Assembly: GCF_018350175.1 (NCBI RefSeq)
Contig: NC_058368.1
Coordinates: 142,540,001 to 142,604,000, forward strand
Length of the DNA: 64,000 nucleotides
Direction of reading: 5' to 3'
Source of the DNA: Felis catus
Taxonomy: Eukaryota
Notes under the pieces: model-generated
What the model saw: only the letters and a program-made list of their open reading frames with translations
Told to the model about the DNA's origin: nothing
Databases searched by the model: none
Part shown: positions 35,300-47,840 of the stretch, in pieces
Position numbering within the stretch: position 1 is the stretch's first letter
How the letters are laid out: every line of letters starts with the position of its first letter
Made by a program: the position numbers and the translations under genes

Positions 35300-38072
35300 C
35301 TCATCTCTAAAGTTGAATTGAGATAATCCAAACTGGTGGTGTTCCTCTCTGGAGGGAAATGTCATCCTAGGCCTAAAATTAATTTTACAAACAATGTTGA
35401 AAATACAACATTAGGCACCCAATAAAAAATAACAAGGTAAGTGATGAGATAAGGCAACATGAACATAAATCAATCAATCAAACAAACCCAGAAAAAAACC
35501 AACCAACCACAAAACAGACCCATAAGAGCTTCAGATACACAAATTAGCAGTAAAAGTCTTATTTAACTGTTCACTATGCCCAAGGAGATAAATGAAAAGA
35601 TGGGTAATTTTGATAAGAACTAGAAACTATACAAGTAAACAAATGAAAATTGTAGAACTGAAAGAAGATAACTGAAATTAACTTAGCGGATGAGTTTAAC
35701 ACAGATGAAGAGAGAAGTGGTGAAATGGAAGATAGGTCAGAGGAAATAATTCATTTATTCATAAATAAATCATGTAGAGATAGATTAATGGACAATATCT
35801 AATCTAGGATAAGTAAAAGAGGATATAATAAGAAGATATCACATACTTGAGAAAGAGAGAATAAAGTAAAATTCATTTACCATGATGAAATTATGGTAAG
35901 AATTTTCTAAAGCTGATCAAGATATTAAGCCATATATTCAACAAATCTTAACCAATTCCAAACAAATCTTTAAAAAAGAAAAGAGGAAACCATATCTAGT
36001 CATATTACAGTAAAACTTCCAAAACTAAAGACAAAGAATAATGTTGAACAGATGCTGATTATAATACAAACATTCAAAGGAGCAAAAATGAGACAGAAAA
36101 CTGATTTTAACAGAAGCAATATAAAACAAAAGACAATGGAGTATTATCTTTTAAAAGCTGAAAAAATAACTGTAAATGTACTAGAATGAATGGGAAACAC
36201 ATCTTTAGACAAAATCTGATAGAATTTGTCACTAACAGACTTAAACTAAAGGGCATTATTCAGGCAGAAGGAAAAAGACTCCAGATGAAAGCTTGAAGAT
36301 TCAGGAGAAGTCAGGGGTGGGAGGAGTTTAATTTAACTTAATAATGACCTTATCACACAATAAAAATTAGAATATACAACCACAATATCAGGTAAAAGTG
36401 GGGGAAATAAATGGAATTAAAATACTCTAAGATCCTTACATTGTTTAGGAAGAAGATAAAAATAACAATCACATTAGACTTATGAAGAGTTCGTTTATTA
36501 TCTACATGCAAAGGAGGATATAACTTCTTTTTTTTTTTAATGTTTATTTAGTTTTTAGACAGAGACAGAGCGTGAACAGGGGAGGGGCAGAAAGAGAGGG
36601 AGACACAGAATCTGAAACGGGCTCCAGGCTCCGAGCTGTCAGCACAGAGCCCAAAGCAGGGCTCAAACCCACAAACTGTGAGATCATGACCTGAGCTGAA
36701 GTCAGACGCTTGGCTGACTGAGCCACCCAGGCACTCCAGCAGGATATAACTTCTAAGCTAGAGGAGGGGAAAAAATAAAATAACAATAATTCAAAAAATT
36801 CAAAGTAAAAACAAAGAAAGGAGACAAAAAAAAAAAAAAAAGAATGTAGACCAGGGTAACAATAAGTTACTTAATTCAATAAGATTATAAACCCCAACAT
36901 AGTAATCATATATACTGCAATGAGACAAAGTCAAGTATCTTCAAACTGATATACAAAATTATGTTTTTAAGAATCATCTATATCTCTATATGAATACAAA
37001 AATGTTGGAAGTAAAGAGAGGGATAAAGAAGTACAATATAAATACCAATGAAAAGAAAGTGAGTATAGCTATGTTAATATCAGATCCAGTAAACTATATC
37101 TGTAAAGAAGGACAGAATGATAAAACTTGCATTAGGAAATTTATAATGTGACCATTATAAATTAATATCCATTTCAAAAATATAGCTTCAAAATAATATA
37201 AAGCAGAAGTTGGCAGAAACTTAGGGGAAAATAGACAAAAATACTTTAGGGGGAGTTTTTATTAACATACTTTGTAACTGATAGAACAAACAAAATCAGC
37301 AAGAACACAGAGGACTGCAGCAAAATGATCAAGAAATAACATGAGAAGGTCGCCTGTGTGGCTCTGCTGGTTAAGCATCCGACTTCAGCTCAGATCATCA
37401 TCTCACGGTTCATGGGTTTGAGCCCCACGTCAAGCTCTGTGCTGACAACTCAGAACCTAAAGCCTGCTTCAGATTCTGTCTCTGCGTCTCTCTGCCCCTC
37501 CCCCACTCACTCTCACTCTCTCCCAAAATAAACATTAAAAAAAAAAAGAAACAGCATGAGAGAACATGGGGCATTCAACAACTTCAGAGCATATATTGTT
37601 TTAAAGCATATATGGAAAAATTGATCATGTATTGTGTCACAAAGCAAATTTCAACACATTTCCAAGGATTGAAGTCATACAGCATATACTCTCTGACCAC
37701 AATGCAATTGAAAAGAAATCAGTTGGGGCGCCTGGATGGCTCAGTCGGTTGAGCGTCCAACTTTGGCTCAGGTCATGATCTCACGGTCTGTGAGTTCGAG
37801 CCCCGGGTCGGGCTCTGTGCTGACAGCTCGGAGCCTGGAGCCCATTTCAGATTCTGTGTCTCCCTCTCTCTCTGCCCCTCCCCTGTTCATGCTCTGTCTC
37901 TCTCTGTCTCAAAAATAAATAAACATTAAAAACAAATTTTTTTTTAAAAAAGAAATCAGTCATAAAAATATACTAGAAAACCTTCATATATATGGAGATT
38001 AAGAAATAAGTTTCTAAATAATCCCTTGCTCAAATAAGAAATAACAATGGAAATTAGAAAATATTTTGGATG
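35300..38072 (+). mobile_element. Old LINE-1 (ORF1 through ORF2 endonuclease), decayed, with three SINE insertions
   Basis: A-rich plus strand with ORF1-like aaacaaatgaaaattgtagaactgaaa and EN-like aaggattgaagtcatacagcatatactctctgaccacaatgcaatt; SINEs at 36529-36738(-), 37347-37548(+), 37725-37951(+). Confidence 0.8.
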
Positions 38073-39754
38073 AGCAATCTATATATTTAATGCAATCTCT
38101 ATCAAAATAACACCAGTATTCTTCACAGAGCTAGAACAAACAATTATAAAACTTGTATGGAACCAGAAAAGACCCCAAATAGCCAAAGTAATGTTGAAAA
38201 AGAAATCCAAAGCTGCAGGCATCACAGTTCCGGACTTCATGCTGTATTACAAAGCTGTAATCATCAACATAGTATGGTACTGGCACAAAAATCGACACTC
38301 AGATCAGTGGAATAGAATAGAGAACTCAGAAATGGACCCACAAACGTATGGCCAACTCACCTTTCACAAAGCGGAAAGAATACCCGATGGAAAAAAAGAC
38401 AGTCTCTTCAGCAAGTGGTGCTGGGAAAACTGGACAGCAACATGCAAAAGAATGAACCTGGACCATTTTCTTATACCACACACAAAAATAAACTCAAAAT
38501 GAATGAAAGACCTAAACAAGACAGGAAGCCATCAAAATCCTATAGGAGAAAACAGGCAACAACCTCTTTGACCTTGGGCACAGCAACTTCTTACTTACTA
38601 TGTCTATGGAGGCAAGGGAAACAAAAGCAGAAATGAATTATTGGGACTTCCTCAAGATGAAAAGCTTCTGCACAACAAGGGAAACAATCAGCAAAATTAA
38701 AGGCAACTGATGGAATAGAAGATATTTGCAAACAACAGAGCAAAGGGTTAGTATCCAAAATCTATAAAGAACTTATCAAACTCAATGTCCAAAAACCAAA
38801 TAATCTAGTGAAGAAATGGGCAAAATACATGAATAGACACTTTTCCAAAGAAGACATCCAGATGGCTAACAGACACATGAAAAGATGCTCAACATTACTT
38901 ATCATCAGGGAAATACAAGCCAAACCACAATGAGATACCACCACACACCTGTCAGAATGGGTAACATTAACAACTCAGGCAATAACGGATGTTGGCAAGG
39001 ATATGGAGCAAGAGGAACCTTTTTGCACTACTGGTGGGAATGCAAACTGGTACAACCACTCTGGAAAAACAGTATGGAGTTTCCTCAAAAAACTAAAAAT
39101 AGAACTACCCTACGACCCAGCAATTTCACTACTAGGTACTTATCTGAAGGATACAGGAATGTTTATTCAAAGGTGCACATGCACCCCAATGTTTATAGCA
39201 GCACTATTAACCAAAGTATGGAAAGAGCCGAAATGTCCATCGACTGATGAATAAAGAAGATATGGTGTGTATGTGTGTGTGTGTGTGTGTGTGTGCGCAC
39301 ATACACACATACACACACACACACACAATGGAACATCAGTCGGTGATCAAAAAGAATGAAATCTTGCCATTTGCAACAATGTGGATGGAATTAGAGTGTA
39401 TTATGCTAAGCGAAATAAGTCAGAGAAAGACAAATATCATATGATTTCACTCATAGGTGGAATGTAAGATACAAAACAGGTTAAAATAGGGGAAGGGAAG
39501 CAAAAATAAGATAAAAATAGAGAGGGAAACAAACCATAAGAGACCCTTAAATACAGAGAACTGAGGGGTGCTGGAGGGGAGGTGGCCGGGGAGATGGGCT
39601 AAATGGGTGATGGGCCTTAAGGAGGGCACTTGTTGGGATGAGCACTGGGTATTATATATAAGCAATGAATCACTACATTCTATCCCTGAAATAATTATTA
39701 CACTATATGCTAACTAACTTGAATCTAAATGTAAAAAATACGTAAAATGAGAAA
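38073..39754 (+). mobile_element. 5'-truncated carnivore/felid L1 (ORF2 C-terminal part plus 3'UTR), frameshifted
   Basis: ORFs give [52 protein letters not shown] and ELPYDPAISLLG; 15-bp TSD aaaatattttggatg at 38058-38072 and 39755-39769. Confidence 0.95.
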
Positions 39755-40667
39755 AAAATATTTTGGATGGCATGAAATGAATATAAGTGATATACATTAA
39801 AACATGGGAGCAATTTCCTGATTTTAAATTGTTGAATATTGTCTATTGACTTCCTACTATGGAAGAGCTAGATTTAACTTTTCAAAACCTTCTCATGCTC
39901 CCCCCACAAAAATATATCCTTCCTTTCCCACTTCACACCTTCCCACATAATTATAGCACACTTTGATTCAATTAATATTCACTATTTATTATTTTCACTG
40001 AGTAATATTTTTCACAAAATATGAATGGGGTAGATGTTGCCTTTCAGGCAGACCACTCTCTACTTCTCATCTACATTAGTGACGTCCCTTTGCCATCCCT
40101 AAAACTCCTCACTCCTGCGACCAGTGACATCATGGATCAGTGAAGTAGCTCAAAATCTCCAAAAGCTTGAACTACTGGCAACTCAAGATGGAAAGAGATG
40201 CGCTTGCATATTGCAAATGGCAAGAGCAAAGCTAAGGAATGCACAAAGGAAATAGTACTTAAAAATAACTTAAAAAGAGTAGATGCTCTCAGAGAGGAAG
40301 AGTGTAGCTTTTTCATTTTGGCTTACTGTAAGAACGCAGAGCAAGAGTCAAGCATTCTGAATGATTTTATTACAGGGGAAAAATAAAAGGTCCAACTGTC
40401 TTGTTATTTTCCTTTTTTCAATACCTAAAAATAAGCAAACTAATAAAAAGAGAAGAGAGAGAAAGAAGGAGAAAAAAGGGGCAGTTTCCAGGATACAAAT
40501 CCATTGCTTAAAGAATGTTCTCTCTGATACAAACATGTGCTTATGAATGTGAGTAGGTGGTGTTCCTTCTGCTGTGACCCCAGGAGACACCCTCTCTATG
40601 CATGAAGTGCAGGGAACGGTGTATAAAGAAAAGAAAGGGGGGAAAAAAAAGAAGAAAAGAAAGGGAG

Positions 40668-40862
40668 CGGTGCCTGGGTGGCTGAGTTGGTTGAGTGCCT
40701 GACTTGGGCTCAGGTCATGATCTCAATGGTTCATGAGTTCAAGCCCCAAGTCAGGCTCTGTCCTGACCCCTCAGAGCCTGGAGCCTGCTTCATATTCTGT
40801 GTTTCCCTCTCTCTCTGCCCCTCCTTCCCTCCCTCTCTCTCTCTTAAAAACAAACATTAAAA
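40668..40862 (+). mobile_element. Felid CanSINE
   Basis: Head, CT linker, tail followed by an (ATACTA)n-like repeat. Confidence 0.9.
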
Positions 40863-41176
40863 TATAATACTAACACTAATACTACTACTAATACTAATAA
40901 AGTAAAGAAAGGGAAAGAACCCCTCTCACAGCCAGAGCAGGTGGGGAGGCAGAGAGTAATTGTCTTCAGGAAGGGAACTGAAGCAAGATGAACAAGGTTT
41001 TAGTGTCCTGAGCTCCAGTTGGAAGCCATGTGCATTTGCCAACAGAAGCAGTGGGATTCTATAGAACATGTGGGATATAGTCTTGGATCAGGATGGGAGA
41101 AGAAAACACAGATATTACCTATAAAAAATAAGAGTTAGAGTCGTGTTTTTTTCCTGTTAAAAAATATAGGTTTCTC

Positions 41177-41358
41177 TTTATTTATTTTGAGAGAGAGAGA
41201 GGTGAGGGAGGGGCAGAGAGAGAAGGAGAGAGAGAAGCCCAAGCAGGATCCATGTTGTCAACACAGAATCCATCATTGGGCTTGATCTAATGATCCTGAT
41301 ATCACCACCTGGGCTGATATCATCAGTCACTTAACCGACTGAGCCACCCAGGAGCCCC
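41177..41358 (-). mobile_element. CanSINE
   Basis: Ends ttaaccgactgagccacccaggagcccc; flanking aaaatataggtttct duplication. Confidence 0.85.
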
Positions 41359-41419
41359 ACAAAATATATAGGTTTCTATGGAAGCGCTGGAAACCTCACC
41401 ACTATTTTTTTTAATTATT

Positions 41420-41670
41420 ATTAATTCAACAGATATTTACAGAACACCTACTGAGTACCCAGGGCTGAGCTAAAGCTGGAGAGTTTCTCAAAATGAACTT
41501 AGAGTTCAATAGGGAATACAGACACAAGAAGGCAACTACAACAGTGTAATAAGGCTAAAATTGGGTGGATTTAGGTATTACAAAGATCCAGAGAGAAGTC
41601 ATCCCCAGTGCAGCCTGGGTGGATGGATAGAGGCTTCCAGAAACTGTCATCTAAGGTCACATCTGAAACA
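41420..41670 (-). mobile_element. L2 3' end
   Basis: attcaacagatatttacagaacacctactgagtacccagggctgagctaaagctggaga. Confidence 0.65.
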
Positions 41671-42703
41671 TACGGATCTGTGACACTGTAACTGTGTGAA
41701 AATGTTATAAATCCAAACTTCAGACTTAACTACTTTATCAGACCTGCTTGGCATGTAAATTTCAGATTACTTGTATGCTATTTCTTTCTAAAACAGACAT
41801 AGAAGTCAATCATACTCATTGTTGCTAAGACTTTTTTTTCCCAATTGTCTTAAGCCCGAAGCCCTTTCTGTTGCTTTCCTTTCCAGATCACCACCTAAAA
41901 AGGTCCCAATCCACTCATCTGCTTTGCCGTACTTCTTTCTGACCCATTATGAACTGTTGCCTCAAAATATTACTTGGGAATTAAAGGAGAGTTGCTGGTG
42001 GGAAAGTTGCTGGTGGGAAAGGATGTCTTTTTAGAACTGGCTCTCAGAAAACACCATCAAAAGGTAACTGGCCACATCCAGCTTTTGATCAAATTTTAAT
42101 GATCACACTGGTATAAACCACTTTCTGTTCCTGATCCATTTCCCAGGGTCTTTCCTGCAATTAATCACCAGCTGAATGGACTCTGGGGCTCCAGGCCAAA
42201 GTGAAAATGCTCCAAGGCTTGGTCTCAACAGTTTGTATGGGAACATTACGGAGCACTTTTTATTAGCTGTGACTCACCCTGGGCTGTCTCCACAGCCTGA
42301 AGTAAGGCTGCCTGTTACCTTTGTTTCCTCCAGTTTCCATGAATACCATCCCAAAGGGCTCTGAAAGCTTCTAACACAGGCTTCCTCTGTTTTTTGATCC
42401 TTCCCTTGGAAATCCATGGTAGGTCCCTCTTAGCTCTTGCTTTTGAGATGACATGGCATTCTCTTGATCACCTGCCTCCGTGTGGCACCACTTCCCCTCA
42501 GGGGTGACACTGCGATGACCAAAGCATTGTAGCTGCCTCTAGAAGCAGCCTCTTGGATTTGGGATTCGAACCTTGTTAGGAGCAAGGCAGTTAACTGAGC
42601 TCCCTGTAAGTTGGCTGGACAAATGAAGTGAGGCAGAAAACAGAATTAATTTTCTAAAATAGGCGGGAGAGAAATAAATAAATAAATAATAGCAACCTAG
42701 CAT

Positions 42704-42921
42704 TGGGCCACCAGAGTGGTGGAGTCAGTTAAGCGTCTGACTCTTGATTGCGGCTTGGGTCATGATCTCACAATGGTGGGATCAAACCCCGCATTGGGCT
42801 CTGGGCCGACATCGTAGAGCCTGCTTAGGATCCTCTCTCTCCCTTTCTCTCTGTCCCCCTCTGCCACTTGTGCTCTTACCTTCTCTCTCAAAATAAATGA
42901 ATAGACTTCAAAAAAATAAAA
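42704..42921 (+). mobile_element. CanSINE
   Basis: Head, CT linker, tail; flanking agcaaccta duplication. Confidence 0.85.
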
Positions 42922-44309
42922 AGCAACCTAACTTCAATTTTCCAGATATTTTCAGTAAAAGAATTTTAGCCCAAATGATTAGGAGAACTGCCTGCAGTTC
43001 ACACTGTATGTGTGGACACAGCCTTAAGCAGTCCAACCCCATCCCCCCCCACCTCGGTTCCCCACCTGGCCCCTATCGAGGTATCTCAAACCTGCACACA
43101 CTTTTATAGGTGTGCAGAAGGTCTTCTTGGTTCCATTTATCCTTATAGTCCAAGCAGAGGAGAGAATCATTTAGACTTCTTTTTCTTTTCCAAGCAAAGC
43201 TTGTACTTGGTCACGGCTGGAAACTGTAACAAGCACAAAGGAAGAAATCAGGTTCCAGCCACAGCTAGTAGGGGAACCAGCAAATTAATTACTCACAGAG
43301 ATGCTCCAAGCAAGTTGTTAAAGAGCCAGGTAACGTTTGCAGATCAGCTAAGGGCAGGTAGGCTGTCCTTAGCTGAGGCCCAGTTCCTCCCACGTGTCTG
43401 GGCAGTCCAGAGGGTGGGGTAAGAGGCAGGGGAAAGGGCAGTGGGGAATTTTGCATCCTTGGCAGCCCATGTGCTGAGGTCATGAACGAGCTCCACTCGG
43501 GCTTCCCTGCCATGCCGGTCTAAGGGGTGGTCTCTCACACTCACACTTGACCAGCTACACAGCACAGCCCTGCTTCTGGCCTCTGCCAAAGTGTTTATTA
43601 GGAGCCTTGACTTCTTGGAAGACTAAATAGCTAGAACTTTTATAATTAAAGACTTCATTAGTTTCCTACTGCAAATTTCCATGGCTAATGGGACTTGGGT
43701 CTGTATTATTTATAGCATTGGAAGGCAGACCATCCATCCATCAATCTTGGCTATCCTCTTACACCCAGGTGCCCACCGTATACCTTGCCCCATGAGTCTG
43801 TCCGCAGAACAGAAGATAGTCAATGCCAGAGTTAACAAGAAAAAGACTCCCAGGGTCTCCACATTGGTCTGCATAAATTTGTTCTGTGGCCAAAACCAGG
43901 CCGGGAAATGTAGCAAGTCCAACACCCATTTATCATCCTTTAATTGGCTTCTATTCTGAGCTCATCCCACAGTGAATGAGGCATTCCAGAGATAGAGCTG
44001 GACCTTCTCCGTGGCTTGTCTTTCAGGACTGTCACCAGCAAGTGTTTTAGACGCTCTCTGGGGCAGAGGAACGGCACTTAGAGAAAAGGGGCTGAGCGAT
44101 GTGCTCAGAGTTGCCAAAGGAAGCTGGCAGAATAGGACTGTGAGACCAGTACATGTTTCCTAGAAAGAGTCATTTTGTGGCCTAATTTGAGAAAAAGCTT
44201 TCTTTCCTAATTCCTAAAGAATGAGAGACTACTACTAAAACAGCTAATATTTGAGGGCTACCTTTTGTCAGGAAATATTCTGAGTACTTTATATGCATTA
44301 TCTCACCTA

Positions 44310-44530
44310 CAGTGGCTTTCCAGCAAACTCTGTTTTTCCTCTCTGTCAAGAGTTGTAGCTGGAACATGGCCGTCCATCCTGGAACTACATTTCCCAGCCT
44401 GCTTGGGGCCAGGTAGGTTGAGTGTCTATACCTTCTCAAATGGAAGGTGAGCGCGAGGATGGAGCTCAAGCTGGAGCCTTTAGGGAATAGTCTGCCTCCT
44501 CCATGCCTTCTCCCCTTTCCTGTTGGTTGA
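44310..44530. mobile_element. Old ERVL/MaLR LTR fragment (LTR16/LTR33/MLT1J-like) within a MIR
   Basis: gaactacatttcccagcctgcttggggccaggtagg...aatggaaggtgagc. Confidence 0.5.
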
Positions 44531-44947
44531 GGTGACAAAAAATGTAATGGTTTTAAAATCCATGAGTTGCTATCAGACTTGTTGCCTAAGCCCCCGACAA
44601 CCCAGAGCACCTGTCATAGATGGTTTCGTGACAGAGATAGAAATGGCCTGTTTCTTAGCTCATCACATTTTAAGGATATTTATTAAAAAGCTTATGTCAC
44701 TCTAACATACTTTGCAACAACTCTCCAAGGCAAATTTTTTTTTTTAATTAACCTCGTCGTTAATTAATAAAATCGCAGCTCTGACAAGTTAGGTGGTTTG
44801 TCTGAAGTCATACGGTTAATAATTAACAGCACTGGAATTCAAATCCATGTTTCCTGACAATCTATGAAGATAGAGGTCAGAATAGAGTTCCTATCGGAAG
44901 AGGGCATTGAATGAAAGGGTGCACAAGGGAGACTCCCCCCACCCTGC

Positions 44948-45050
44948 CTTTTCTTTTCTTTTCTTTTCTTTTCTTTTCTTTTCTTTTCTTTTCTTTTCTT
45001 TTCTTTTCTTTTCTTTTTTCTTTTCTTTTCTTTTTCTCTTCTTTTCTTTT
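44948..45050. repeat. (CTTTT)n pentanucleotide microsatellite
   Basis: About 100 bp pure pyrimidine tract seen directly. Confidence 0.95.
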
Positions 45051-46171
45051 GGAGAAACATGCTTGGATTAGTAATTCACATTGAGATAACATTTTATCAT
45101 TATACAAAGCACTTTCACACACTTAGCTCATTTAATCCTCACAAATACCTTGGACTCTATACGGATGAAGAAGCTGAGGTTTGGACAAGTTCTAGGTCTT
45201 GAACACGGTTAATAGGAACCGGATCTAGGCTTTGAATGTAGGTCTTCACTCCAAATCCTGTACCCTATCCATTACATGCACGCTGAAGCAACTTACAACT
45301 CTTTCAGGTATAAATTACAAAAACCAACTCATACTAGTTTAAACAAAAACCAAACAGCCCCTCCAATCACCACAACCATACACACCCCTACCCTGTCATT
45401 TGCTTCACTGATGGGGCACAAAGTAGAACCGGCCAGAGTAGCGTGGCTGTCATCACGATTCTCGTTCTCTCACTCTGCCCGTAGGGTTCCTCCACGTGGC
45501 TAGAGGAAAACGTGGCCAAAGCGTCCAAGATTAGCAACCCCCTGAGAAAACTCAGTTCTTGCCTACTGCTTTCATATTTCCAAGTCCTAGACATAGACCC
45601 TGATTGGGCTGGCTTGGGCGATTGCCTTCTTCATGGACCGAGTTGAAGCCAGGGGGATGGGGCAAGATACTGTGATGGCCTGTCCCACTAGAACCATATG
45701 GAATGGGTAGCAGGACAGGAACAATTACCCACAGGAAGTGGAGACTGTGGATGCTGATGTCAAAATCAGGAAGGGATACTGGATGAACAGATCCATCATA
45801 CGCATACCCTGCATTATAGAAAGGATTTCCCGTAGAACTGGCAGCAGCATCCCTTAATTTTGAAAGTGTGTGTGTGTGTGTCCCCATGGGCCCAGCTGCT
45901 GGTCACAGACCTGAACTTCACGTTGTCCTGGGCCAAGAAAGCAAGCAGTCAGAGCTGCCCAGCCCGGTAGAGGCCCTTCGTCTCTGTTCTGGCATGTGGC
46001 CTAACAACTTGTGACACACTTTGAAGACTCCAGACACCTCTATTCCAGGCATTGCATTTGCTTCTAAACTTTAAGTAAAAAAAAAAAAAAAAAAGTTAAA
46101 CCCACAGTAAAACATAATTTTTACATTGGTTTTGTACACAGGCACACAAAATGTAGCCAAAAATATTTCTT

Positions 46172-46396
46172 TTTTTTATTATTATTTTTTTTAACGTTTA
46201 TTTATTTTTGAGACAGAGAGAGACAGAGCTTGAAGGGGGGGAGGGGCAGAGAGAGAGGGAGACACAGAATCGGAAGCAGGCTCCAGGCTCTGGGCCATCA
46301 GCCCAGAGCCCGACGCGGGGCTCGAACTCACGGACCATGAGATAGTGACCTGAGCCGAAGTTGGACGCTCAACCGACTGAGCCACCCAGGTGCCCC
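46172..46396 (-). mobile_element. Felid CanSINE
   Basis: TSD ccaaaaatatttctt at 46157 and 46399. Confidence 0.95.
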
Positions 46397-46849
46397 ATCC
46401 AAAAATATTTCTTGAAAAACATCTACTACCTATCCTTATCCTGGGTGTTGCACTCTGATATATTCTATTCAATTTTACTTCCGTTTTTAAAAACTGCAGG
46501 GCATAACTGACTACAATGACTTCACGACAGGTTGCGACCGTTGGAGAGTACACAGTCCGACCATTCTGTGCACTGCCTCCAGTGCATCATCAGTTTGAAT
46601 GGTGAGCACCTTCCCACCAAATGCTTCAAAAGCCTTTTGTTTCAGGACTCCAGCCCAGGAGGGTACGAACTTGCTACGTTGGGTAGGCGGGTCCTGGGCC
46701 TAACATCATCTCTCTGCTTCCTCATGAGGCGTCTCCGAGTTAGAACGGACACTTTCTCATACAGGCCCTGCTTCAGGCCTCCAGCAGTCAGATGCTCACT
46801 GCCTGCTGCTTTCGCTGAATTATTAAAAAGTTCTTTAACTTTGGGTCTG

Positions 46850-47050
46850 GGTTCCGGAGTTAGACCTAGGTTCAAATCCTAAACCTGACACTTAACCAAC
46901 TGTGTGACTTTGAGCAAACATTTCGTGCTCTCTGTGCCTCAGTTATCTCGTCTACCAAGGGAGGATGGTGGTATTTACTCAATAGGCTGTTGTGAGAGTA
47001 AATGAGATAGTATCTACAAAGCACTTAGTGAGCAGTAAGAATTCAACAAT
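46850..47050 (+). mobile_element. MIR SINE
   Basis: agacctaggttcaaatcct...actgtgtgactttgagcaa...ctctgtgcctcagttatctcgtct...gttgtgagagtaaatgagata...aaagcacttag. Confidence 0.85.
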
Positions 47051-47287
47051 CCACATTACCCTATTCTATATTCCATGTCAGTGAATGCTGAAAACCATTG
47101 GTTCTCCTCAACATGGATTTGTCTCCTTAACATTTTATTATAAACAATTTCAAACACACAGAAAAGTTGGAAATTGTATAGTGAACATCCATATACCTAC
47201 CACCTAGATTCCATAATTAGCACTTTGCTATATATCTTTTATTATATAGTTATCTCTTATCCACCCATCAATCCATTTTTAAAATAC

Positions 47288-47840
47288 ATTTTATTTATTT
47301 TTTAAGATATGTACTTTTTTATTTATTCTTGAGAGAGAGAGCACAAGAGAGCTCTCTTGGGAGAGGGGGAGAGAGAGGGAGACACAGAATCTGAAGCAGG
47401 CTCCAGGCTCTGAGCGGTCAGCATAGAACCAGACACACAGGGCTCAAACCCACAAACCATGGAATCATGACCTGAGCTGAAGTTGGATGCTTAACCAACT
47501 GATGACCCAGGTGCCCGTACTTATTTATTTTTTAAAGTTTATTTATTTATTTTGAGGTGGTGGGGGGAGAGGGAGAGGGTGAGGGAGAGGGAGAGAGAGA
47601 GAGGGAACACGAGCAGGGGAGGAGGAGAGAAAGAGAGGGAGAAAGAGAATCCCAAGCAGGCTCCATGCTGTCAGCACAGAGCCTGAGGCAGGACTGGAAT
47701 CCATGAACCACAAGATCATGACCTGAGCTGAAATCTGAGCTGTCAGCACAGAACCCAACACATGGCTTGAACCCACAACTGTGGAATCATGACCTGAGCT
47801 GAAGTTGGATGCTTAACCAACTGAGGCACTCAGGTGCCCC
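47288..47840 (-). mobile_element. Tandem CanSINEs, the second chimeric / internally duplicated
   Basis: Two heads (ending 47516 and 47840) and three copies of the tcagcaYaga...atcatgacctgagctgaa segment. Confidence 0.85.

Noticed and set aside
38191..39254. Active L1 ORF2
   Set aside because: 5'-truncated, with stops and frameshifts.
40180..40390. Possible CR1/L3 or pseudogene-derived reading frame (MRLHIANGKSK...)
   Set aside because: Similarity too weak to support by eye; needs a Dfam or tblastn search.
44839..45122. Lys/Arg-rich proteins (KEKKR repeats)
   Set aside because: Translation of the (AAAAG)n microsatellite.
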